From assembly GCA_021772075.1 (NCBI GenBank), contig JAETNQ010000006.1:13380-77379 (forward strand): a stretch of DNA of 64,000 nt. The letters run 5' to 3'. Position 1 is the first letter of the stretch. The number at the start of each line of letters is the position of its first letter. This document shows positions 1-8,494 of the stretch, piece by piece. The notes below the pieces were generated by a model. It did not search any database, was not told the DNA's origin, and saw nothing but the letters and a program-made list of their open reading frames with translations. The stretch is from Lachnospiraceae bacterium (GTDB lineage Bacteria; Bacillota; Clostridia; Lachnospirales; Lachnospiraceae). Position numbers and translations under genes: made by a program.

Positions 1-1042
1 GATCCGATATCTCAAAAATACTCTTATCATAAAATTGCAAAATACGACTCATGCCAGATCCAAGCTGCTCTACCAACCCTACGTCTTTAAATACCCTCAT
101 CAATTCTCTGTTTCTGGGCATGCTGCTGCAACTAAAAAAATCTTCTTTACTTTGCCCCTGAATCAGGCCGCCATATGAAGTAAATTCGATTCGGTCATGA
201 AATATTTCAAATACAGGAGGTATTTCATGAGAAAAATCATTGTGTACAACAGCATTAATTAAAGCTTCTCTCATAGGAACGGTTTCAATTAAATTTTGTT
301 CGATTCGTTTTGTTCCTGTTACTTTCGTTTTGGTAATATTCTCTATTTTCATTTTCTCCAAAACCTGGTTTGTTGCTTTAATCAAAGAGCAATATCCGTA
401 TTCTTCATTTTCTATTAAATCAACTTTATCTGTTCCTGCATATTTTGCAACCTTAATGGATACGCCATTCTCATCTGCCAATAAATATGCTATATAATTA
501 TATTTTCCTTCAGGCGTCAATAGTTCAAGGCTATTAGCAAAATTTTGATTCAATTCTAATCCGCGCTCTTGATAATATATTTTTAGCTGGGCAAAAGTAA
601 GATCCTGTCTGGGAGACAGAATATTCCGCAATGTTGTATGTGTTCTTTTTGAATATAACTCATCTATCAATGCAATGGACATGGGCTGTGTGGAAGTGCC
701 AATCCTCATATAACATCCATTTGGTGACATTCCTTTGTTCTTGATGTAATATGGTTTTTCCAATCCGCTGGATACAATAATTTTTGTTACCGGTATATTT
801 TCAATATTTTCTGTAACAATATCAAACAGCCCAAGCGTTGACGGCAAAATATTATTTTTAATTCTATCAGAAATTTTTAATTGCATGGCATCCATTTCCG
901 AAATTGGAATCGGATGCCCTTCATCATTTATTCCGATATAAAGCATTCCACCCTCATGATTATTTAAAAATGCAACAATTTCCTTTTCCAGTTTATCATT
1001 TAATGTAGTCTTAAATTCTATACGATTGCTTTCTTGTAACAT
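1..1042 (-). CDS. AlbA_2 (Schlafen-like) plus HATPase_c_4 (RecG-like C-terminal) domain protein, runs off left edge
   Basis: Not in ORF track (no stop in window). Manual translation from ATG at 1042: MLQESNRIEFKTTLNDKLEKEIVAFLNNHEGGMLYIGINDEG (AlbA_2 signature) ... REALINAVVHNDF ... PRNRELMRVFKDVGLVEQLGSGMSRI (HATPase_c_4). RBS AGGAAAGAGG upstream. Confidence 0.85.
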   Translation of the reverse strand, partial: MLQESNRIEFKTTLNDKLEKEIVAFLNNHEGGMLYIGINDEGHPIPISEMDAMQLKISDRIKNNILPSTLGLFDIVTENIENIPVTKIIVSSGLEKPYYIKNKGMSPNGCYMRIGTSTQPMSIALIDELYSKRTHTTLRNILSPRQDLTFAQLKIYYQERGLELNQNFANSLELLTPEGKYNYIAYLLADENGVSIKVAKYAGTDKVDLIENEEYGYCSLIKATNQVLEKMKIENITKTKVTGTKRIEQNLIETVPMREALINAVVHNDFSHEIPPVFEIFHDRIEFTSYGGLIQGQSKEDFFSCSSMPRNRELMRVFKDVGLVEQLGSGMSRILQFYDKSIFEISD

Positions 1043-1062
1043 TATGGTAAACCTCTTTCCTG

Positions 1063-2034
1063 CTAATCATTAAAGTGATTATAAGCGTCAATGCTTCTGA
1101 ATTGCGAATTTACATAGCTCTTAAGCACCGTTTTCCTTCTTTTCCATGCCTCTTGTTGGCAATACTTTAGTACAACATCTTTCATCCCTGTCACCTGCCG
1201 TATCACAATGGGATCCATTCCTATAGAAAACATATTAATTACCGCATATTTTGCCAAGCCGTCTAAAGTTATTTTCTTTCCGTTTTCCTGCATTTTGTTG
1301 AAATTTTTTATGATAGTATCAAAGTGATCACTGATTGGACGTTGGTTTTCAGCCATAGCAAACAATAATGTCTTGTCTATCTTTTCATCATATATTCTTT
1401 GTACATTTATATAGATTCGATAAGGAAGCTCTAATCTGATTTTTTCGTTTTCCACTCGTATTTCGATTGTCCGCCTTTGTTCGTTAAAACATTCTCTTTT
1501 CATTTCAGCTATTGTACCCAATTTAAATCCATATAATAAAATTAAAGGAATAACTGCTTTTGCCATTCTATTTCTTAGGGAATCATCGCTTAAACCATCA
1601 AGATATTTGATCAAATTTTTATATCCATCCTCATCTAAATGTTGTCTCGGTTCGTATGATTTTAAACTCTTACTGCTTTTATTTAAAATATTATCACGAT
1701 ATTCTTGAAAATTTCCAACAACAGAAAGCGGGCATGAAGGCCATTCAGGAAAAATAACAGCTTTAAAGAACTCATTTGTCGCAGTTAAATATTTATCAAC
1801 AGCAGCTTCCCCTGTTACCTTCGGCCTTTTAATATACTCAATTCCTGCATCGATAATATGGGAGGCTGAAATCATCTTTTTAAAGAGTTCTTCTACTGTA
1901 ATGCCTTCCGTTATGCAATAACGTTCCAAATGAGGGATTAGACTATTTTGCAGTACCTTAACATAATTATTGTATCTGCCTATTGTAAGGCCATTTGAGA
2001 ATCTTTCTATAAGCACTTCAAATTCTTTTAACAT
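1063..2034 (-). CDS. Tyrosine-recombinase-fold protein with degenerate catalytic residues
   Basis: Box I-like RNRMAKAVIPLILLYGFKLGTIAEMKRECF and box II-like ITLDGLAKYAVINMFSIGMDPIVIRQVTGMKD align with XerC/D motifs, but the catalytic R, H-x-x-R and H are replaced. Confidence 0.7.
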   Translation of the reverse strand: MLKEFEVLIERFSNGLTIGRYNNYVKVLQNSLIPHLERYCITEGITVEELFKKMISASHIIDAGIEYIKRPKVTGEAAVDKYLTATNEFFKAVIFPEWPSCPLSVVGNFQEYRDNILNKSSKSLKSYEPRQHLDEDGYKNLIKYLDGLSDDSLRNRMAKAVIPLILLYGFKLGTIAEMKRECFNEQRRTIEIRVENEKIRLELPYRIYINVQRIYDEKIDKTLLFAMAENQRPISDHFDTIIKNFNKMQENGKKITLDGLAKYAVINMFSIGMDPIVIRQVTGMKDVVLKYCQQEAWKRRKTVLKSYVNSQFRSIDAYNHFND

Positions 2035-2403
2035 TTTTCTCCATAATCCTTTTATTTTTCATAGTAAATTAATTTTTAATTTTTGTCAATTACATCTTAA
2101 AAATTGAAAAAAATAATTTAATTTATCAAAAAAACTAATATTTTAACGTACTAATTGTTAATTATAACTAATTTTTATTTCGATGAAACAATTATTTCAT
2201 TTATCAGTATAGGAATATTATTTGCCTTTTTTGATGCCTCTTATTTTCAAATTAATTTTCTTCCGCTTACTTTATAGAGAATGGACTTTTATGCATTCTT
2301 TTTCACAGAAATTTTATACTGTTATAAGATTTATTTCCTTTTAAAATGCCCCACAAAGTGGTAAAATAAAAACATAAACAACGGAAGGGGCGTGGGGATC
2401 GAT

Positions 2404-2964
2404 ATGGGAAGGATATGCGTGTTTTTTGCACCGGGATATGAGGAGGTCGAGGCGCTTGCCGTGGTGGACCTGCTGAGAAGGGCAGGGATCGATACGGACA
2501 TGGTATCTATCACGGAAGAGCAGGAAGTGACCAGTTCTCACGGTGTGACTGTCAGAATGGACAAATTATTTAAAGAAGTGGATTTTGAAGAAACGGATAT
2601 GATCGTCCTGCCGGGAGGAATGCCGGGAACGAAGAATCTGGAGGCGTTTCTTCCATTGACGGAGAAGCTGGATGAATTTTATGGGAAGAAAAAGCATATC
2701 GGCGCAATTTGCGCTGCCCCCAGTATTCTCGGGCATAGAGGGATGCTGAAAGGGAGAAGGGCTTGCTCGTTTCCCGAGTTCGAAAGCCATCTGGAGGGCG
2801 CGCAGGTGGAGCAGAGTCCGGCTGTAATTTCGGATTTTATTATTACGGGAAGAGGAATGGGATGCGCCGTGGATTTCGGGCTTGCCATTGTGGAGGAATT
2901 CCAAGGGAAAGAGGCGGCTGCCGCGCTGGCGGAGAAAGTGGTCTACGGGCATTATAGCAAATAA
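2404..2964 (+). CDS. DJ-1/PfpI (YajL/ThiJ) family protein
   Basis: GYEEVEA, IVLPGGMPG and nucleophile elbow GAICAAP; start placed at ATG 2404. Confidence 0.92.
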   Translation: MGRICVFFAPGYEEVEALAVVDLLRRAGIDTDMVSITEEQEVTSSHGVTVRMDKLFKEVDFEETDMIVLPGGMPGTKNLEAFLPLTEKLDEFYGKKKHIGAICAAPSILGHRGMLKGRRACSFPEFESHLEGAQVEQSPAVISDFIITGRGMGCAVDFGLAIVEEFQGKEAAAALAEKVVYGHYSK

Positions 2965-2974
2965 GGGAGTGTCT

Positions 2975-3400
2975 ATGAATATATTATTTTTTTTAACGCC
3001 TAAGAGCGAAGTGGATTACGTTTATGATGATGATACGCTGTGGCAGACATTGGAAAAAATGGAGCATAATAAATATACGGCGATACCGATTATCAACCAT
3101 GAGGACGGGACTTATGTAGGAACCATAACAGAAGGCGATCTGCTGTGGGATGTAAAAGAAAGATATGATTTGAATCTTGGGAATGCGGAGGATCAGCCGA
3201 TCCTCGATATCAAAAGAAAAAGGGACAACGAGCCGGTAGAAGCGGATGCGGATGTGGAAGATATCATTAATAAGGTCATGAACCAGAATTTTGTTCCGGT
3301 GATCGATGACAGCGAATGTTTTATAGGAATTATCACGAGAAAGGACGTCATGCAGTATCTGACAAGAAAATGCGCTGTTCATGAGGCGGTATACGTATAG
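2975..3400 (+). CDS. CBS domain protein
   Basis: MNILFFLTPKSEV, YVGTITEGDLLW, FIGIITRKD; ATG 2975 after GGGAG. Confidence 0.9.
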   Translation: MNILFFLTPKSEVDYVYDDDTLWQTLEKMEHNKYTAIPIINHEDGTYVGTITEGDLLWDVKERYDLNLGNAEDQPILDIKRKRDNEPVEADADVEDIINKVMNQNFVPVIDDSECFIGIITRKDVMQYLTRKCAVHEAVYV

Positions 3401-3471
3401 GACGGATACGATGCATAATAAAAAGAATTAAATGAAATAAAAAACGGATATTCTGTTTGCCAAAACTTACC

Positions 3472-3501
3472 GTAATATTTCATTCATCTTCGTAAATACT
3501 A
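3472..3501 (+). promoter_or_regulatory. Putative sigmaG-type forespore promoter of the SASP gene
   Basis: GTAAT-N18-AATACTA resembles the sigG consensus, upstream of an alpha/beta SASP gene. Confidence 0.5.
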
Positions 3502-3652
3502 ACATCAAGATAAGTGATTCGGTTCTGGCTTAGTTCGGATGCAGAACGTATTTTAAAATGCGTTGGAGTTCGGGATAAGCGGAAGGATCAGAAACGCTTA
3601 TCTCGAATATAGATAGCGAATGCTAGAAATACGAAATTGGAGGTGAATTAGG

Positions 3653-3853
3653 ATGGCAAGCAGCAAATCTAATAGAGTAGAAGTTCCTGAAGCTAAAGCA
3701 GCTATGGATCGTTTTAAGACAGAGGTTGCTTCTGAATTAGGCGTGAACCTGAAGGAAGGTTACAACGGTGACTTGACTTCTAAGGAAGCGGGATCTATCG
3801 GCGGCGAAATGGTTCGTAGAATGATCAAGAAGCAGGAAGAACAGATGAAATAA
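3653..3853 (+). CDS. ssp: Alpha/beta-type small acid-soluble spore protein
   Basis: AMDRFKTEVASELGV ... GDLTSKEAGSIGGEMVRRMI; strong RBS GGAGGTG. Confidence 0.95.
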   Translation: MASSKSNRVEVPEAKAAMDRFKTEVASELGVNLKEGYNGDLTSKEAGSIGGEMVRRMIKKQEEQMK

Positions 3854-3862
3854 CGAAGCAAG

Positions 3863-3896
3863 AAAACGACCCGTCTGGAAACAGGCGGGTTGTTTT
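3863..3896 (+). terminator. Intrinsic terminator after ssp
   Basis: AAAACGACCCGTCTG-GAAA-CAGGCGGGTTGTTTT hairpin. Confidence 0.85.
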
Positions 3897-3903
3897 ATGC
3901 GCA

Positions 3904-3946
3904 GGCCCGTGCAGTGGAAGCTTGCCGCTAAAGCGGCACACGGGCC
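3904..3946. repeat. Nested palindrome (REP-like)
   Basis: GGCCCGTG...CACGGGCC enclosing TGCCGC-TAAA-GCGGCA. Confidence 0.5.
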
Positions 3947-4009
3947 GCGCGGCGAGCATCGATCGCATGGGACAAAAAAGATAAGGATAACGGAGGTCAT
4001 AGGAGCACA

Positions 4010-4684
4010 ATGGAGAAAAATTTAAATGATACAGAGGACGTCCAGGAATGGAAGGTGATAGAAGAGGCGTTCCGGGAAGGGGGCGAGGTGGACCGGTACC
4101 AGCGGATGATCATGCAGTACCAGTGCGCCATGCTGGAAGTAAAGACAAAGCTGGATGTGCTGAATGCGGAACTTTCCCTCCAGAACAGAAGGAATCCTTT
4201 TGAAACAATCAAATGCCGGATTAAATCGCCAAGAAGCATCAGGGAAAAACTGGAAAGGAACCGCCTGGCCATGACGATAGAAAATGCGGAAAAGAATTTG
4301 AACGATATCGCCGGAATACGGGTGATCTGTTCTTTTCCTGATGATATTTATATGCTGGCGGACTGTCTTCTTGCCCAGGACGATATTGTACTGGTATCAA
4401 AAAAGGACTATATAAAAAATCCGAAGCCTAACGGTTACCGCAGCCTTCATCTGATCATAGAAGTGCCGATCTTCCTGACCGATGAAAAGAGGCCGGTGCG
4501 GGTAGAGGTGCAATTCCGCACGATTGCCATGGATTTTTGGGCGAGCCTGGAACACAAGCTGAAATACAAGAAGCATATTAAAAAAGCGGAAAGCATTTCC
4601 GACGAACTGTTCTACTGCGCGGAACTGATTTCCCAGCTGGACGGCAGGATGCAGCAGATCAGGGAGAAGATAGAGGAGGAATAA
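4010..4684 (+). CDS. Small alarmone synthetase (RelP/RelQ-like GTP pyrophosphokinase)
   Basis: RIKSPRSIREK, DIAGIRVIC, NGYRSLH, EVQFRTIAMDFWASLEHKLKYK. Confidence 0.93.
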   Translation: MEKNLNDTEDVQEWKVIEEAFREGGEVDRYQRMIMQYQCAMLEVKTKLDVLNAELSLQNRRNPFETIKCRIKSPRSIREKLERNRLAMTIENAEKNLNDIAGIRVICSFPDDIYMLADCLLAQDDIVLVSKKDYIKNPKPNGYRSLHLIIEVPIFLTDEKRPVRVEVQFRTIAMDFWASLEHKLKYKKHIKKAESISDELFYCAELISQLDGRMQQIREKIEEE

Positions 4685-4687
4685 AAT

Positions 4688-4963
4688 ATGGCGAAAGAAA
4701 AGAAAAAAAGCTGGATTATTGTTACCAATAAAAAAACTTATTTGTTTTTGGCTGCGGTGCTGGGCTGTATCTGTTTTTTGATAGGAGACGGTATTTATGC
4801 GTTCGGGATGGGAAAAAGAGAAATTACCAGTTTTTTCAGCGATGTGTTCGCATGTTTGATGATTTCCATTATATGTATATATTTTTTTGTTCGTTTTAAT
4901 ACATATTCGCATATATACAATCCGGATCATCCGAAACCGAATTATGACGAAGAAGAATCATAG
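4688..4963 (+). CDS. Small hypothetical membrane protein (2 TM)
   Basis: RBS GAGGAGG; two hydrophobic stretches; coupled to the upstream gene. Confidence 0.65.
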   Translation: MAKEKKKSWIIVTNKKTYLFLAAVLGCICFLIGDGIYAFGMGKREITSFFSDVFACLMISIICIYFFVRFNTYSHIYNPDHPKPNYDEEES

Positions 4964-5049
4964 AGGGTGCCAAATGGAAGGCAGGATTCCGGAAAGGAAA
5001 TTTTTTGCGGCGAAAACTGCAAGAAATACTGGAATTTTCCTTGTCAATG

Positions 5050-5058
5050 TGCTATAAT
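5050..5058 (+). promoter_or_regulatory. Extended -10 promoter of tig
   Basis: TGCTATAAT. Confidence 0.6.
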
Positions 5059-5135
5059 CGCCTAATGACTGTACTGATATAGTTTTTTATAAAATAAACG
5101 GACAGATGGTTCATATAAGGAGGAAACGGATAAAA

Positions 5136-6422
5136 ATGAGCGTACAGGTGGAAAAATTAGAAAAAAACATGGCGAAACTGATTATTGAAGTATCTGCCGA
5201 AGAGTTGGAGAAAGCAATCGAAGGCGCTTACCGGAAAAATAAGAAAAATATCAGGGTTCCCGGTTTCAGGAAAGGGAAAGTGCCGAGGCAGATGATAGAG
5301 AGAATGTACGGAAAAGAAGTTTTTTACGAGGATGCGGTCAACGCTTTGATTCCTGACGCTTATGAAAAGGCGCTGGAAGAATGCGGAGAAGAGATCGTTT
5401 CTTCCCCGAAGATCGACATAGAACAGATAGAAGCCGGCAAACCTTTTATTTTTACTGCGGAAGTGGCTGTAAAACCGGAAGTGAGGCTGGGCAAATACAA
5501 GGGTGTAAAAGTCGATAAGATAGAAACAGAAGTAACGGATGAAGAAGTGGATGCGGAAATCGAAAGAGAACGCAATAATAACGCCAGAAATATCGTAGTG
5601 GAGGACAGGCCGGTCAAAGACGGCGATATGACGGTCATCGATTTTGAAGGATTTGTGGACGGCGTGGCGTTTGAAGGCGGAAAGGGAGAGGATTATCCTC
5701 TTACGATCGGCTCCGGCGCGTTTATCCCCGGCTTCGAGGAGCAGCTGGTAGGGGCTGAGATCGGCAAAGAAGTGGAAGTAAACGTTACGTTCCCTGAAAA
5801 CTACCAGGCGGAAGAATTAAAAGGGAAAGCGGCATTATTTAAATGCGTGGTAAAGGAGATCAAAGAAAAAGAACTGCCGGAGCTGGACGACGAATTTGCA
5901 GGAGAGGTTTCCGAATTCGATACGCTGGCGGAATATAAAGAGGATGTAAAGAAAAAGCTGGCGGAGAGAAAAGAAAAGAACGCAAAGGATGCAAAAGAGG
6001 ATGCAGTGATCGATGCGATCATCAACGATTCCGATATGGAAATCCCGGAGCCTATGCTGGAGACGCAGCAGAGACAGCTTGTGGATGATTTCTCCCAGAG
6101 GATGCAGATGCAGGGAATCAATATGGAACAATATTTCCAGCTTACCGGAAGCAATTACGACATGATGCTGGAGCAGGTAAAGCCGCAGGCGGATAAGAGA
6201 ATTAAGTCCAGGCTGGTATTGGAAGCGATAGTGGAAAAAGAGGGCATCGAAGTTTCGGAAGAAGAATATACGAAAGAAACGGAAAGAATGGCGGAAGTTT
6301 ACCAGATGGAAGCGGAGAAAGTAAGAGAAATGCTCGAGGGCAAGGAAAAAGAGCAGGTGATGAACGATCTCGCGATCCGGAAAGCGATAGATTTTGTGGT
6401 AGAAAACGCGAAAGAGAAATAA
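5136..6422 (+). CDS. tig: Trigger factor
   Basis: PGFRKGKVP signature and FKBP domain (IDFEGFVDGVAFEGG); start MSVQVEKLEK at 5136. Confidence 0.97.
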   Translation: MSVQVEKLEKNMAKLIIEVSAEELEKAIEGAYRKNKKNIRVPGFRKGKVPRQMIERMYGKEVFYEDAVNALIPDAYEKALEECGEEIVSSPKIDIEQIEAGKPFIFTAEVAVKPEVRLGKYKGVKVDKIETEVTDEEVDAEIERERNNNARNIVVEDRPVKDGDMTVIDFEGFVDGVAFEGGKGEDYPLTIGSGAFIPGFEEQLVGAEIGKEVEVNVTFPENYQAEELKGKAALFKCVVKEIKEKELPELDDEFAGEVSEFDTLAEYKEDVKKKLAERKEKNAKDAKEDAVIDAIINDSDMEIPEPMLETQQRQLVDDFSQRMQMQGINMEQYFQLTGSNYDMMLEQVKPQADKRIKSRLVLEAIVEKEGIEVSEEEYTKETERMAEVYQMEAEKVREMLEGKEKEQVMNDLAIRKAIDFVVENAKEK

Positions 6423-6467
6423 AATCTTATAAAACAATAAAAAATCTCTTAATTCAGAGTTGTTTTA

Positions 6468-6496
6468 TTGCATAAACGATTTCTATAGACTATGAT
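6468..6496 (+). promoter_or_regulatory. sigmaA-type promoter of clpP
   Basis: TTGCAT-N17-TATGAT. Confidence 0.55.
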
Positions 6497-6545
6497 TATT
6501 TCAGGGTCGGCAGAACCGGCCAGTCAGTACGAGGAGGAAATCAGT

Positions 6546-7142
6546 ATGAGTTTAGTGCCTTATGTCATTGAGCAGACGAGCAGGGGCGAGAGGTCTTATG
6601 ATATTTATTCGAGGCTTTTAAAGGACAGGATTATTTTTTTGGGGGAGGAAGTGAATGAAACTTCCGCAAGCATTATAGTAGCGCAGCTTCTGTTTCTGGA
6701 ATCGGAAGACCCGGAAAAAGATATCCATCTGTATATTAACAGCCCGGGCGGCGTTATTACGGCGGGGATGGCTATTTATGATACGATGAATTTTGTCAAA
6801 TGCGACGTGTCCACCGTTTGCATCGGCATGGCGGCGAGCATGGGGGCATTCCTTCTTGCGGGCGGAGCAAAAGGCAAGCGGTTCGCGCTTCCCAATGCGG
6901 AGATCATGATCCACCAGCCGGCGGGCGGAGCCCAGGGCCAGGCCACGGAAATCGAGATTACGGCAAGGCATATCCTTGCGACAAAGGAAAAGATGGCAAG
7001 GATCATGGCGCAGAATACGGGGCAGGATTTTGAAGTGATCATGGCGGATACGGAGAGGGATAACTGGAAGACTGCCGAGGAAGCGCTGAGTTATGGGCTT
7101 ATCGATAAGATCATCGAGAACCATGCCAGCTTTGAAAAATAA
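6546..7142 (+). CDS. clpP: ATP-dependent Clp protease proteolytic subunit
   Basis: [34 protein letters not shown]; start MSLVP at 6546 after GAGGAGG. Confidence 0.97.
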   Translation: MSLVPYVIEQTSRGERSYDIYSRLLKDRIIFLGEEVNETSASIIVAQLLFLESEDPEKDIHLYINSPGGVITAGMAIYDTMNFVKCDVSTVCIGMAASMGAFLLAGGAKGKRFALPNAEIMIHQPAGGAQGQATEIEITARHILATKEKMARIMAQNTGQDFEVIMADTERDNWKTAEEALSYGLIDKIIENHASFEK

Positions 7143-7168
7143 GTAGAATGTAAAAGCAAGGAGAAGAC

Positions 7169-8422
7169 ATGGCGGGGAAGAATTCTGATGATATCAGATG
7201 CTCCTTTTGCAACAAGCGGCAGGAGCAGGTAAAAAAGTTGATTGCGGGTCCGGCAGGAGTTTATATTTGTGACGAATGCGTGGAAATCTGCGCGGATATT
7301 ATAGAGGAAGAATATGAAGAGGACCCGGCGGAGGAAGAAATGGATATTAACCTCCTGAAGCCGGTGGAAATCAAAGAGTTCCTGGACGATTATGTGATCG
7401 GGCAGGAGGATGCGAAAAAAGTGCTGGCCGTATCCGTTTATAATCATTATAAAAGAGTAATGGCGCCGAAGGACAATGACGGGATAGAGCTTCAAAAGAG
7501 CAATATTATCATGGTAGGGCCGACCGGTTCGGGCAAGACTTTTTTGGCACAGACGCTGGCAAAGATTATTAACGTGCCGTTCGCTATTGCAGATGCTACT
7601 ACTTTAACGGAAGCGGGTTATGTAGGCGAAGATGTAGAGAATATTTTATTGAAATTGATACAGGCGGCAGACTATGACGTGGAACGCGCCCAGTATGGCA
7701 TTGTTTATATCGATGAGATTGACAAGATCACAAAAAAAGGTGAAAACGTATCCATCACCCGGGACGTATCCGGGGAGGGGGTACAGCAGGCTCTTTTGAA
7801 GATCGTGGAAGGAACGGTGGCGAGCGTGCCGCCCCAGGGAGGAAGAAAGCATCCCCACCAGGAACTGATCCAGATCGATACCACCAATATTTTGTTTATT
7901 TGCGGCGGAGCGTTCGATGGTTTGGAGAAGATTGTGGAATCCCGCCTGGATAGAAGCACGATCGGCTTTAATTCGGAAGTGGCCTCCAAACATACGAAAG
8001 AGATCGGAGAGTTGTTAAAAGAAGTAACGCCCCAGGATCTGGTCAAATTCGGTTTGATCCCGGAATTCGTAGGGCGCGTGCCGATCAGCGTGACTTTGCA
8101 GGGCTTGGACAGGGAGGCTCTTGTGAAAATCCTGAAGGAGCCTAAGAACGCTCTCATTAAGCAATACAAGAAATTATTTGATTTTGACGGAGTAAGGCTG
8201 GACTTTGAAGAGGATGCAGTGGAGGCTATCGCGGACAAGGCTTTCGAGCGCAAGACGGGAGCGAGGGGACTCCGCTCCATTATGGAAGATGTTATGATGG
8301 ATGTGATGTACCGGATACCTTCGGATGAATCCATTATAAAGTGCGTAGTGACGAAGGGGGCTGTGGAAGGGACGAGCGAGCCTTTGATCATCCACCGGGA
8401 AGCGATGCGTCCGGCAAAATAG
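7169..8422 (+). CDS. clpX: ATP-dependent Clp protease ATP-binding subunit
   Basis: C4 zinc finger CSFC...[29 protein letters not shown] loop. Confidence 0.97.
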   Translation: MAGKNSDDIRCSFCNKRQEQVKKLIAGPAGVYICDECVEICADIIEEEYEEDPAEEEMDINLLKPVEIKEFLDDYVIGQEDAKKVLAVSVYNHYKRVMAPKDNDGIELQKSNIIMVGPTGSGKTFLAQTLAKIINVPFAIADATTLTEAGYVGEDVENILLKLIQAADYDVERAQYGIVYIDEIDKITKKGENVSITRDVSGEGVQQALLKIVEGTVASVPPQGGRKHPHQELIQIDTTNILFICGGAFDGLEKIVESRLDRSTIGFNSEVASKHTKEIGELLKEVTPQDLVKFGLIPEFVGRVPISVTLQGLDREALVKILKEPKNALIKQYKKLFDFDGVRLDFEEDAVEAIADKAFERKTGARGLRSIMEDVMMDVMYRIPSDESIIKCVVTKGAVEGTSEPLIIHREAMRPAK

Positions 8423-8494
8423 TGGTAATGGAAAGCAGAGTTGGCCGCCGGGCCAACTCTTTTGGCCTTATAGGGATAAGAAAGGGAAAGAAAA

